This document shows positions 12,150 through 24,857 of a stretch of 59,047 nucleotides of DNA, in pieces. The DNA comes from Octopus bimaculoides. Lineage: Eukaryota. A model generated the notes under the pieces. That model was not told the DNA's origin. It saw only the letters and a program-made list of their open reading frames with translations, and made no database searches. The stretch is from positions 70,207,731-70,266,777 of the forward strand of contig NC_068987.1 of assembly GCF_001194135.2 (NCBI RefSeq), given 5' to 3'. The position numbers were made by a program, and so were the translations under genes. Positions within the stretch are counted from its first letter, which is position 1. The number at the start of each line of letters is the position of its first letter.

Positions 12150-13877
12150 GCTTCTTCATCCTTCTCTAAATATTTAAGTTTTACATAGTAACTTTCTTGA
12201 TCGCCCTTTCATTCTGTGAATTTCTCTACTTGTTTATTCCCCCACCTCTCTGTCCTTTTAAGAAATTTTTTCAAGGCTTTTCTCTATCTTCTACATCTCT
12301 ATTTTCCATGTGTCTCTCTCCTCACCAGATCAACACTTTACATCTCTCTTTGTATTTCTGCTCATTATTTCTCTAAACCTGATACTGTTTCCTTCATTCA
12401 ATCTTCGTATTTGTCTTTGTTTTTTGCTCTTCTTTTACAGTTTCAATATTAGTTATTATTAACTAAAATTGAAATTAAAATTTTTCAAAGAAAAAAACTT
12501 TCATTCAATAAATGATAAAACTAACAGTAACAAATTTCATATAAAAGAAAAAAAGATCAGCGCCTAACATTACTTCAACACTTTAGAATAATATTATACA
12601 TTTTAATTGCTGATACGCTCCATTGAATTTAATCCATTGCCTTCTCCACTTGAAAAAATTATAATAGTGTCCATTTGACTGCACTACACCTATTAATTAC
12701 AGGACGTTGATTGCAGTCAAGGGTCAGCTTTACACTAACATTGTACTAATACGATTGAAACACTATGCAGCTAGCTATTCAGGGATTCTGAAGTTTGCAA
12801 TATAAAGTGGTAACGTGGTTAGAAATGCCCAAAACTGAAGTGGGAAGGGGAAGATTAAAGAATTAAAAGTCGTGAAAGTTACAATTATTATCGACTAGTG
12901 AAAATGAAAATTTCGAGGACAGAAGACATAGTAATCTGAAAGATAATGATAGTAATAACGATACCTTCATTAGCTAAAAAGGATTTGCAAAAAGATCGAT
13001 TGTACAAAATGATACACTTCAATAGAATGTTGGATTACATAAAAGAGTGTGAAAAGTAAAATAACAGAACTTAGAAACAAAAATCTCAGACAAGAAATAA
13101 GTCTCCAAAAGGCGAAGACTTCCTAGGGATGCACCTGTAAACCTCACAAAACTAGGGAGAATGCCCGCTCTTTATCCTCCTCCCTGAATCTACAGGCATA
13201 TATTTAAAGCAGAACCGTTCACTTGGGTCACTCTTGATACTCTCGTTCAGCGGTCAAAATATTTGTTGGAAGGTAGTATTTCACTCGCTGCGCACATTTT
13301 CCTTTTCAAGTTCCACTTGAAAATGCTTATGAGGGCTTGACCAAAGATAAAGGTCCCCAGTCATTTCAGTTTGGTTCCCCACACAACAGACCGATAAACA
13401 CTGCATATCTTTCCCGACAAAAGAAAGGTGCCAGGACGACCTTCCCAACAAAAGAAAGGTTGTAGGATGATGTTTACAAATAGACTCACTCGATATCCAG
13501 ATCCGAATAGTTCTTCCAATAATCTTGCTCTCCCCTGTCTTTCCTTCTTTGTTTCTTTCTTTTCATTGTCGTCTCTCGTCTGCTGTATTTTTCTTTTCTT
13601 CCGTCAGTATGTGCTTCCTTTTTTAGACCGTCTTTAACATTTTCTTTTCTACAACATTTTAATTTCCCTTGTTTGTTATTTTTCATGTCAGCGTTTAACA
13701 AGCTGTTACTATGTTCTTTAAAACTAACTTCTAGATTTCATGGCGCGATGCTGTTATCGCATATCTTCGATAAAGAAAAGATGCCACTCTTTTATCGCGC
13801 AGGCAAATAAAGATGTTTGCCAACCTTCTTAGCTAAAATGCATATGCACTGTAACTGCATCAGGAGAAAACTAAAAC

Positions 13878-14096
13878 TGAGTGGGTGCTGAAATTTTCCT
13901 GATTTTGGATAAGAGAAAATACAGTAGGTTCAATTAATCATGATTTTATTCAACATATTCTCCTCTCTAATTCACATATTTATTACAGCGGTCCTTCATT
14001 TTTGCTAAGCCTTGTAAAAGAACTCGGAATGTTGGGCCTCCAACCAGGTCTTTCGTGATAACCTTAAAGTCAGGAACTTTTCAGCATCCCCTCGTA
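13878..14096 (-). mobile_element. Tc1/mariner internal-deletion derivative (MITE-like)
   Basis: Imperfect TIRs (tgagtgggtgctgaaattttcctga versus the reverse complement tacgaggggatgctgaaaagttcctga) with a TA at the right end. The interior translates as KDRCNKYVN*RGEYVE*, matching the mariner transposase C-terminus (RWxKCVxxxGxYVE). Confidence 0.75.
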
Positions 14097-14167
14097 TATC
14101 GAAATTTTGCGCTGCCAGCATCTTAACTGCCATTTATAAGAGTAGGATGCAATGCGCTTGTGAATGT

Positions 14168-14285
14168 GTGTGGCTTAGTTTTTACAGAGCTCGACTTACG
14201 GCCATGTGTTTGTGGGTTCAATTTCCGGACGTGGTTTGCCCAACAATTTATTTCCCGTTGCTCCGATCTACTCAGCTGCTATAAT
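14168..14285 (+). mobile_element. Degenerate tRNA-derived SINE head
   Basis: A-box-like tggcttagt, B-box-like gggttcaatttcc, then ttatttcccgttgctccgatctactcagctg. Confidence 0.5.
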
Positions 14286-14411
14286 ATTCGACTCCTGGTA
14301 GAGAACTCCCTCCCTCCCTCCCTATATCTCTATTTCACCTCCTTCTTTCTCTCTCTTTCTCCATTCATCTGTCTCTCTGTCTCTCTGTCTTTCTCTCTCT
14401 CTGTCTCTCTC

Positions 14412-14457
<46 letters not shown>

Positions 14458-15589
14458 GCTATCCCCAAAGTAAGGAATCAGAGAGAATGTCAATGTCTAC
14501 TCACGTCTACATAGGGACCTAACATAATTGGCACAAACATGGTATGTGTTCTTAGATCATCTTCGTTCGCAAGGGGAGAACGGGCTGTTCTTCACATACC
14601 TAATATATTACCTACAATTTCTTGCATATATAGGCATACTGCTAGCTACGAACGCTTTTTCACATACACCGGATGTGTCCTTGATAGTATATTAAATTAA
14701 AACTAGCTAGCAAGACTTACATTGACTCTGAACTTACTTATTTCAATATATAATGTCTTTATTGTGTTCATTCTTTTAAGATGTTCTTCCCGCCTTCTTT
14801 CTAAACCAAGTTCAAAGGACCGTAAATAATTTGATAAAAATGTGAGGTGGAAATTCACGAAATGGTAGAAAGCCAGATCACCTGAATAATATTTATGTTT
14901 CCATTCAGATTTGAATCAGATGTTACTGCATTTCCAGTTTCCACTCGTTTTCAGAATCATCAAACTACAGACCAGTAGTAATATGTTAGGATTCCTACAT
15001 CTACAAAGAATTAACTGTCTACTAAAAACGGAATCAATCATAATACACACTGAAAATTTCATGGAAGGTATGGAAAAGAATCATAATGTTTATTGCATCT
15101 ACCAAGAACTATTTTTTGTTCTTCAGGGATGACGATGCCATTTTAGCGATAAACGCCCAGTGACCTGACTCTACTTTTTATTAAGTGCTCTTAAAATAAG
15201 ATGAAGTCTATATCGTCAAATTTGTAAGTGAAGAATAAAGTTTCTATGTTATTTTCCACACATTTTAGAAAGAGTAATGAAATGGTTATACATGTAGAAA
15301 AGCCAATTAAATATTTAGCTCACCATGCTCATTGGATCTTTGAATTTGACTCTGATTAGTAGAAGCACGTGATGGTAGGTCTGCCATCGCTCGTTATGCG
15401 GTAAACCTATCATCCATACAAAAAATATAACACACCACCAAATAGTTAATTATTGGTTGTTGTAACACTGGGCAAAGCAATAACTAGACGTTGTTTCATA
15501 TGAAAGAATTGTGTAATCCTCGTATGCCTAAAAATAACACAGTAAAACAGTGACTACTTATGTATTAACTGAATGTGATAGATGGATAG

Positions 15590-15603
15590 GTAGATATATA
15601 TAT

Positions 15604-15644
<41 letters not shown>

Positions 15645-15745
15645 GATGGATAGATAGACAAACAGCCATACAGACAGACAGATAGACTGAAATTCAAAGA
15701 AGCCCGTCGTGTGTGTGTGCGTGTGTGTGTGTGTGTGTGTGTAGG
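15590..15745. repeat. (GATA)n/(GACA)n and (GT)n microsatellites
   Basis: Direct read. Confidence 0.9.
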
Positions 15746-16044
15746 TGAGGTTAATTTAGAGGTTGCAACAACCATCTAAAGGATATTTAGTATCCTATGA
15801 ATCTACTGGTGTAGTACCCATATTTAGTCATGATCATTGGTGTAAATGCTCATAAATAATAAGTAATGAGAAAAGTAAACTGGAGTTTATCAATATTCAA
15901 AGGCAAAGAGAAAATGGAGATACAATCAATCGATAACGGTTGATGGAAATCAGATGATATCGATTGATTGTATCTCCATTTTCTGTTTGCCTATGTATAT
16001 ATGTGTGTGTGTGTGTGTGTGCGCGCGCGCGCGTATCTCTATAT

Positions 16045-16255
16045 CTGGGTTTGTCCCCCGTAACCCACTTGACAGCCGGTGTTGGCGTGTTTAACTCCAC
16101 GTAGCCCAACGGTTCAGCAAGAAAGACTGATAGTATAAGTACTAGACTTTAAAATAGTAAGCATTGGGGTCGATTTGATCGACTAAAACCATCCAAGGCA
16201 GTGCTCCAGCATAGCCGCAGTTAAATGACTGAAACAGGTAAAAGAATAACAGAAT
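16045..16255 (+). mobile_element. Interspersed repeat family B (SINE-like)
   Basis: ccggtgttggcgtgttt...cggttcagcaagaaagactgatagtataagtactag...ggggtcgattt..gtgctccagcat..ccgcagt.aaatgactgaaaca, with a (taaaagaa) tail. Homologous copies at 19770-19972, 26685-26870 (minus) and 59000-59047. Confidence 0.8.
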
Positions 16256-18329
16256 ATAATAAAATCTCAGTGAAGCAACAGTTGGAATATCGCTTATACT
16301 ACGAGATCAAGTAAATGAATAAATGTATTCTCGCCTGTGAGGAAAACGTGAGGGCAGCATTTCTATATTTTATTCCAGATAACTGACGTTCATTCATTTA
16401 TTTGTTTATTTTCGACTCTAATCAGGCGTTTGCTAAATCTAAACAACTTATCAGTAAGTAAATCTATGAAAGTATGTGTCATCCTGATTAGAAAAAGTAA
16501 AGTAAGTTAATTAAATAAATCTAAATAATTAGTTAAGCTTACTAATGAGGCAGGTCAGAATAGAATTTAAAAAATATATATATATAAAAGGAAAATACAG
16601 TTTGAATAAGGTGAAAAAATAATTTGAAGCTAAATGGAAGATCCTAGAACAGATTACATTAACTGCGATTATTGAAGATCATGAGATGAATTCATCAAAG
16701 CCTGGCTAATTTGCTGGCAAACCGGGACGGCAACATAGTTTCAATTTGCAGCGGAAACTGTCGTATTTTATTTAAGCCTACACGAACGTCACAAATTGCA
16801 TTTTACTCCCCGGAGCCTGTTAGAATTCATTCGTATGCGAGAACAACAACGGGAAGGTTCTTNNNNNNNNNNACTCCCCGGTGCCTGTTAGAATTCATTC
16901 GTATGCGAGAACAACAACGGGAAGGTTCTTCATTTTTAGCTATCATATGAATATGTGGCCACAATTGGATATCCTTTAGTAAGCAAATTCCAATTACAAA
17001 AGGATTTTCTCAGAAATAGCGTTATGTCAAATCAGGCGACAAGAAACAATGATATTGTAGTATTATCACCTCGAAGTGTTCACCTGACTAGTAAAGATTA
17101 CTACTACGCCTTGTAGTATACTAAATGCATGTTACGAACACACCAACGACACTGTATTAGCACATTTGGTTAGGCGTTCGCGCAAATGATTAATTTTCTA
17201 AGATGCAGTGTGTATTTTAAGGATAATTTGAATGCAGTTTTTAAGTAGCAAAGTGTCACGTAGCGGTTCCTTGTTGCTTCTTGTATTGCAAAGTTTAAAT
17301 GTAGCGAATCACTACGTTAATCAAAGTTTGACTGCAAAAGGTAGCGCAGAGTAATAGGAAAACAATAGAGTTGGTAAATATATCTCTGTCAACAGACTAA
17401 AACAATGCACTTATATATATATATATNNNNNNNNNNNNNNNNNNNNNNNNNNNNNNNNNNNNNNNNNNNNNNNNNNNNNNNNNNNNNNNNNNNNNNNNNN
17501 NNNNNNNNNNNNNNNNNNNNNNNNNNNNNNNNNNNNNNNNNNNNNNNNNNNNNNNNNNNNNNNNNNNNNNNNNNNNNNNNNNNNNNNNNNNNNNNNNNNN
17601 NNNNNNNNNNNNNNNNNNNNNNNNNNNNNNNNNNNNNNNNNNNNNNNNNNNNNNNNNNNNNNNNNNNNNNNNNNNNNNNNNNNNNNNNNNNNNNNNNNNN
17701 NNNNNNNNNNNNNNNNNNNNNNNNNNNNNNNNNNNNNNNNNNNNNNNNNNNNNNNNNNNNNNNNNNNNNNNNNNNNNNNNNNNNNNNNNNNNNNNNNNNN
17801 NNNNNNNNNNNNNNNNNNNNNNNNNNNNNNNNNNNNNNNNNNNNNNNNNACAAATACATCCGTGGTATAAAAGGTGCTAGAAGGTAAAGAAAACAAAAAA
17901 GACAGATAAAGATAAAATTTAAATTTAAATAAAATTTAGGATTTGAAGTAGTTATCAGGAGTAAGACTAAGTTCTTTGTGTACTCGAATACGCTATGATT
18001 GAAATAACTGGCATTAATACAAGGGATTAAATGATGATAATATGGGGGACAGGCAAATTGGTATAAGATGTAGGTAGTTGATATGTGTGGTGGGTAAAAT
18101 CTAAACTTAGGAATAGGTTAGGAGGAGGGGTTGTTTATATGAATACCTGCAAGAGCCTCGGTAATTACTAACAAGACAAACCATAATTAAGGAGTAAGGT
18201 ATATATCCTACAATTTACTGTCAGAGGTACTATTTGTATGCTGTGGGGTTATTGGTATTATTATGGGTTAGTATAAGTGTTTCTAATGTTATTTATATTT
18301 ATCGAATGTAGACCTGTTTGTGCAGCCAA

Positions 18330-19745
18330 GCTACACTTCGCTCATTTCTCAGGTTCACTGTTACGTACTGTTAGAATGAAACAAATTTCATTAATGCAAA
18401 GGTAATATTGCCTACTTATTTTTTTTTTCATTATACGAAGGTGCAGTAGCGAGGGTCTCCCATTTTGATGTGAAGCTAATATCACTATTTTTGAGCTTCC
18501 AAATATACCCGCTTAATTCTATCGAGTTAATTATGTTTCTATTTCTAAAAGAATGTTGATGTGTGGCTAGTCTACATTTTAAGTCATTTTGGGTTGCTCC
18601 AAAGTAACTCAATTTGCTTGACTGTATTGTGACTGCACTTTGGAAATTACGTCCTTAATGCTACAGGTGTTACCGAAGGCACAATTATTCCTGTTTCTAC
18701 AGTCGCATGTATTATGATGTGTGTGTGTGTGTGGGGGTAGTTGCTCCTAGTGGGGTAGGGTTAGGTCTATTTAGGTTAAAGCGGTTATTTTGGTCCTGAG
18801 TATGTTCTGTACTAAGATCGGGGTGGTTTTTATTGTTATTGTTTCTACTAATACTGCTGTCGTTGCTATTTTTGTTCCTATTTAAGTAGAAAATACCTAA
18901 TTTTCTATCATTCAAGGCGGATATAATTCTCTCTGAATTATGTGTAAGGCTATAACCTATCCTTATTTTACTACTATTTATAAGTTTAGAACACCTATTA
19001 TTCTTATCAAATTGTCTATTAACAACGTTCAATAATTGCTTAGCTAAGACCGTCCTTATTTGTATTACAAAAGGGATTATGTACCTGATCTTATCTCTCG
19101 ATTTACCAGTAGTTTCTTGGTCGATGGCGTGTTTACTGATATTATTTTTCCTGCGCCATTGACCCTCGTAGTTCTTGCCAATATGTTACTGTTAATTTTG
19201 TAGTTACTCATACTGTTACTAAATCTCATCCTATTAGTGTCATTTGCTGCTGCTCTCTGTGCATTTTTAGAACGCTTAGTTGCAGTCATTCGCAATAATG
19301 TTGCGGTTAACATATTCGTTATTACTACTATCTATTTCGCGCTCGTATAGGATATATTTAAATCTATCTCTATAGCCCGCCTCCATAAGTGCCTTATCGT
19401 ACTTATCCTTATGACTTAAATATGTCCTCGTTAGATGAAAGATAGGAAATCCTTTTGATAATGCCTCTAATCAAAGCTCTTTTTATTGATTGTTGATGGT
19501 TACTTTGATAGTTTATATACTTAAGATTTGAGTAAGGTTTCATATAAAGCTGGTATAAAGCTGTGTTTAAATTACAGTTAACATCTAAGTAGCTTTCATT
19601 CTCTATAGCAATGGAGAGCCCGAATTTATTAAAGAATTGTTTCCATTGTAACAATATTTATTGATGGTTTAACAACGTGATTACCAGAAGCCTAATCCAA
19701 TCGTAAATAGTTGTTCCATTCGAACGAGCTATCTACTCGCTAAAC
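18330..19745 (-). mobile_element. Decayed Penelope-like retroelement (RT thumb, linker, GIY-YIG)
   Basis: ORF 19409-19654: FGLSIAIENESYLDVNCNLNT..YQLYMKPYSNLKYINYQSNHQQSIKR..IKRISYLSSNEDIF (PLE RT thumb). ORF 18712-19032: VVNRQFDKNNRCSKLINSSKIRIGYS (linker). ORF 18412-18612: YFGATQNDLKCRLATHQHSFRNR...ELSGYIWKLK...KWETLATAPSY (GIY-YIG). Confidence 0.85.
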
Positions 19746-19769
19746 TATTTGTGTGCTTGTGTTTGTGTT

Positions 19770-19972
19770 TGTCGCCCCACCATCACTTCACAACCGATTT
19801 TGCTGTGTTTATATTCCCGTAACTTAGAGGTTCGGCAAAAGAGACGGTAGAATAAGTACTAGGCTCACAGAGAATAAGTCTTGGAGTCGATTTCTTCGAC
19901 TATAACTCCTTAAGGTGGTGCTCCAGCATGACCGCAATCAAACAATTGAAACAAATAAAAGAATAAAAGAAT
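19770..19972 (+). mobile_element. Interspersed repeat family B (SINE-like)
   Basis: cccgtaacttagaggttcggcaaaagagacggtagaataagtactaggc...gtgctccagcatgaccgc..gaaacaaataaaagaataaaagaat. Confidence 0.85.
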
Positions 19973-20709
19973 GAAAAACTACAGAATGCAGTTTGTCTTA
20001 CAATCTTAGTATCTGAGCAATCCAAAGCCAATCAAATGCCTTGGATCAATAGGCATTAACAATGCAGCCAGTAACACGAACAATAAGCAATAATAAACCT
20101 AAATTACATCAACAATTTCATCAACACTTCCAACAACAATAGGCGTAAGACAGCTATATGTTGTTGCTTGAGATACCAAAATTAAGAGCCACTTCTTCTT
20201 CGAATTGTTTTCAACTGACTTCAAAAGGAATGGACACATCGGGTAACGTAGTCCTATACATGCACTGTTCGTAGAGAATGACATGAAGGTCACGAAAGGC
20301 ATGTTTTAAGCCTTACTCCTACTCAGGCATGTTTCATCTGGGGATAACCTAAAACAAAGAAAGAACAACCACAAAATTTTGTTTAAATACTAATTGATAA
20401 AAAGAACTGTATTAGACCCGTCGTTGCCTTCGATCATGAGGATTGAACTAGGTGCATAACTAAACGCTTTATTCATTAAATCAACGTTTAATTATTCTCC
20501 AGATATATGTATTATTATTATCATTATTCAGAAGTGAATTAACGTTTCACAGTATATGACATGGTTGCATTACTGAATAACCAGTAGAGTTCATGCAACG
20601 TGCTTCGACACAGTTTCCGTTAACCCAATTTTATTCTCAAAAAATCAGGTTGATATTTGCCTCAGATACCAAGCAGTGGATTACAGGGTGAGGCATTATG
20701 ATTGAAAGT

Positions 20710-21088
20710 GGAGGCGCAATGGCTCAGTAGTTAGGGCAGCAGACTCGCGGTCGTAGGATCGCTGTTTCGATTCCCAGACCGAGCGTTGTGAGTATTTATT
20801 AAACGAAAACACCTAAAGCTTCATGAGGCTCAGGCAAGTGGGGTGGCGAACCCTGCTGTGCTCTTTCACCACAATTTTCTCTCACTCTTTCTTCCAGTTT
20901 CCGTTGTACCTGTATTCAAAGGGCCAGCCTTGTCACACTGTGTCACGCTGAATCTCTCCGAGAACTACGTTAAAGGTACACGTGTTTATGGAGTGTTCAG
21001 CCACTTGGATGTTAATTTCACGAGGAGGCTGTTCTATTGATCGGATCAACTGGAACTCTCGTCGTCGTAAACTGACGGAGTGCCAAAA
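20710..21088 (+). mobile_element. Full-length tRNA-derived SINE family C (~380 bp)
   Basis: Pol III A box tggctcagtagttagg (20720-20735) and B box gtttcgattcc (20764-20774), followed by a long non-tRNA body ending gtcgtcgtaaactgacggagtgcca. It resembles Nin/Deu-type SINE bodies by recollection (not verified). Confidence 0.75.
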
Positions 21089-21099
21089 CTATTGAAAAG

Positions 21100-21977
21100 T
21101 GTATTTGTTAACCACTCAGCCGAGCCTGCAAAAACAATCAAAACCTAACAAGACAGTACTAATATGAACAATAACAGACAGAAGGACTACTGCATCAACG
21201 ACAATTTCAATTATTAAAAAAATACAACAGAAGCTAATGAATACCGTGAAACAACAACAACAGCGATCAAAACAACATTAATATTTCAAAAATAATATCA
21301 AGCAAACGACAACAATACGAACAATCCAAAACAGCGGCAGGTCTATTAACTAAAATAGTGACAACAAAAAACATCAAGACAACAAACCGTATGCTTGCCG
21401 TATTAATTCATTCTTTCTTTTTAATTCATATATTCATTTTTCTGTCTTATTAATTCATATTTTCTTTCTTATTTTTTTTGCCAGCAATCAGCATCAAACT
21501 ATTTCACCCGTTTCATAGCTACTGTCACAAAAATTTGCCACCGCCCGACTGTCTCTTATACACTGCAGTCACATTGTTTTTTTTCTGGCCATAATTCCTG
21601 CAGACATCACCGAAACAGACATCACAATCATTACCAGAATCTCTCTCATCTGAATTTTATTTCCAATAATAGTAACAACAGCGAAAATAACACTGCAACC
21701 ACCAATAACAAAACTATCGTTATCATTGTCATCATTACAAGCAGAAACAACTACATAGATACTCCAACGACAACAGCGTAAACAACAAAACAGCATTCTG
21801 CATATTATATCATATCACATTTGACTCCACTGTAGCAAACTGGAACGCTACTTCTATTACCATCACAAGGTTCGTACTGTTGAAAATATTCTGGGATATA
21901 ACTTTTGTCACTTTTGCCATAATATACATTGCCATCGTCATCATCGTCGTGGTCGTCACCACCACCACCACCACAAA

Positions 21978-22009
<32 letters not shown>

Positions 22010-22190
22010 TCAACATCATCATCATCATCATCATCATCTTCATTATCATCATTATCATCATCATCAATACCACCAACGATGTAACAATGAACAGCAAAAT
22101 TAGTGCCAACTCCAGAACAAACAACTATGCTCTACCTAAGTCTACGAATACAACCATCTAACGCTCATCAACATAGACACCATCAATCCA
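21100..22190. repeat. Degenerate A/C-rich trinucleotide mosaic (CAA/CAT/CAC/AAT)
   Basis: Direct read; source of the poly-I/M/V/T ORFs at 21569-22161. Confidence 0.8.
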
Positions 22191-22810
22191 TTGTAACAAT
22201 ATTTATTGATGGTTTAACACCGTGATTACAGAAACTAACGTTTCAGAAGCCAAAACAATAAAGTATAATTGGACTTTTAATCCAATCGTAAATAATTTTC
22301 CATTCGAACGAACTATCTACTCGCTAAACATTGAATTACAATCAAAGCGGCTAAGTGTTCTAGTATACATCTAGGGAACTCCGTATATTCCACTGGAATG
22401 TCCGACTCTTAGGTACTGATTTGGCAATATTATTTTATTCTATGTTGGATTACCAGCTGCCCCTGCATAGATCTTTATTCTCTATGCCATAAAGGTTCAA
22501 TAGAAATATTAAGGATGATACGTCTTGGAACCAGTACTGATTCTGATGTTGCCGAAATGAAAAAAGCCAGAACATACGCCACAAAGTAACTTTGTTATCT
22601 ATTAAACATTTTTCCCACTCACCGCTCAGGTCTGGTCAGGCACATTATTTTCGATCCGATAAGAACGTAAAAAATGATGTCACAACCCAGAAATTTCAAC
22701 TCAGAAAGCTGGAACCATAATGAATACGGTCATGCGTTCTTATCTCATGGATTCAATGTTCATGTTCAATGATATTGATACGTAATAATAATACGCAAGG
22801 CACTCCTGCA

Positions 22811-22925
22811 TTCTTCTTCTTCTTCTTCTTCTTCTTCTTCTTCTTCTTCTTCTTCTTCTTCTTCTTCTTCTTCTTCTTCTTCTTCTTCTTCTTCTTCTTC
22901 TTCTTCTTCTTCTTCTTCTTCTTCT
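22811..22925. repeat. (CTT)n microsatellite
   Basis: About 38 perfect units. Confidence 0.97.
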
Positions 22926-23270
22926 CTGCCAAGAATTCACAACGACGTCCAACCCACAAGAATAAACAAGAGAGACATAGTCAGGCAGAAACAAGGAAAA
23001 TGCCCTTTATAAACTATGCAAATGTTCTTTTAAAATACTTTTCATTTAATTTTTCCAAAATTTAATAGTTTTCCATACTTACAGCTGAAAAGGTCTCAAT
23101 GACTGAAACCGCTACTGAAATGTTTTTTTTATAAAATTATTCTAGTATTGACTTTTTTTCCATATGTGTATGTGTGTGTGTGTGCGTGTGTGTGTATGTA
23201 TGTGTGCGTGCGTGTGTGTGTATGTATGTATATACACATATATATGTATATATTAATATTTATATATACG

Positions 23271-23324
<54 letters not shown>

Positions 23325-24779
23325 CGTGTTGATTTCTCTGTTTAAATCCAGTTCAATCTTAATTAAGTTGATCAATTTATGGTCAAAGACATTTTTTGCA
23401 GGTCTGACTATCCTACGGTTTGCGTATATGTTTGGAAATACATATCACAATTTCCAAAACGCAGTTTTCTAAGACAGCAGGATATTATTTGAGGGAGATT
23501 TAACTACTATTTCTAGAATGCCAACACTGCCTTCATTCATGGTAAAATTGTTGCTGGCATTGTTATTGGCTGCAATGACAATAAATGTCACGTTGATGTG
23601 GCGACTTAGGTTCTTGTGGCTGGGGGCAGTGACTGCAGTGGTATTGACAGCATCATTTTTGTTATTAGTGGCGGGGGTAGCGGTAATAGCTATAACAGCT
23701 TTGAATGAGGCTCTAGTTGTTAACATTAGCACGTGCAGCGGTTCCTTTGCTGGTTTTCCTTCTTCTCTTTTTCAGGAAAGTGTTAGAGAGCCAGAGAGTC
23801 ACGTTGACCATTCATCCCTTCATATCCATCTGCTCAGCGAAGAAGGTTCTTCTCCTTTCTGCAACTCCTCCTTCTTCATATTACTAATCTTCACTCCTCG
23901 CTTCATCGACTGCTCTCACCACCACCCTAAGGGTTACAAAAAAAAATGGCAGAGGGAGAAGCGAAAACAAAGACAAAAAGGCATTTTAAACAAATTCTCG
24001 GGCAATTTTCTAATTGACCTTACAGGATGAGCAACAAGAAACTGTCCACTCATCTTTCAGTGTTGGTCAACCCTCGCAACAAAAGAATCAATAACAATAT
24101 CCCAGATGGGTAAAATCAGTAATACTTCGAACAACTTACGTAGCGTTGAAAACAACGTGACACGTAGACAGGAGCAGGGAATATACCCTCCTTGCATACA
24201 CAACACAGTGATCCCAATCCATCACACCTCTAAATTCTATAACTGCTATCACTACCGCAATTGATTGTACCGTCACGACGACGACAACGACCACCAACAA
24301 CAATAAAAACACGGCTATTAACAAACAACACTACTATACACAATATGTACAGATAAATCTTTCCTTCTACATCCATCACCACAAACATACAATACCACAA
24401 ACAACAACAAGAACAACACTACAACACCACAACAGAAAAGCACTCACCCCTTCAACGCAATTACCTTCATCCTACAGCCTGTCTAAGTCTTATAACTAAA
24501 ATCCCCTGTTCATTCACGTCCACCACTGATTCCAATTTCACACGCAGGAAATTTATACCTTTTATAAAGCCAGTAGTGTCTAAAGCAGTTTGAAGGCCGC
24601 TGCAGTGTACATATCGAGAGCTATGTATTAATTAAATTTAAACCCTGCCAGTCTGCCTCTTTAGCCTTTCCCACCAGGGAGCCATGTTGTTGAACGATAG
24701 CGAGGCAAACACGTGATGCCGCAATTACATTGACATCCCAGCCTACAATGATATCGATTACTAACATCCCACTTCGCCT

Positions 24780-24810
24780 GTCTTTCCTCTTCCTCATTCT
24801 TTCTTTTCTC

Positions 24811-24857
<47 letters not shown>

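Noticed and set aside
16805-16930. 58-bp direct repeat on either side of a 10-N gap
   Set aside because: The copies differ by one base and abut a minimal placeholder gap; this is the classic signature of unmerged overlapping contig ends (or two alleles), not a biological repeat or CRISPR unit.
20710-20790. tRNA gene
   Set aside because: It has A and B boxes but no complete cloverleaf or acceptor stem and continues into a 300-bp SINE body.
22740-23065. Poly-R/K/F ORFs, and similar poly-I/L/S/HT/VC ORFs throughout
   Set aside because: Translations of perfect microsatellites.
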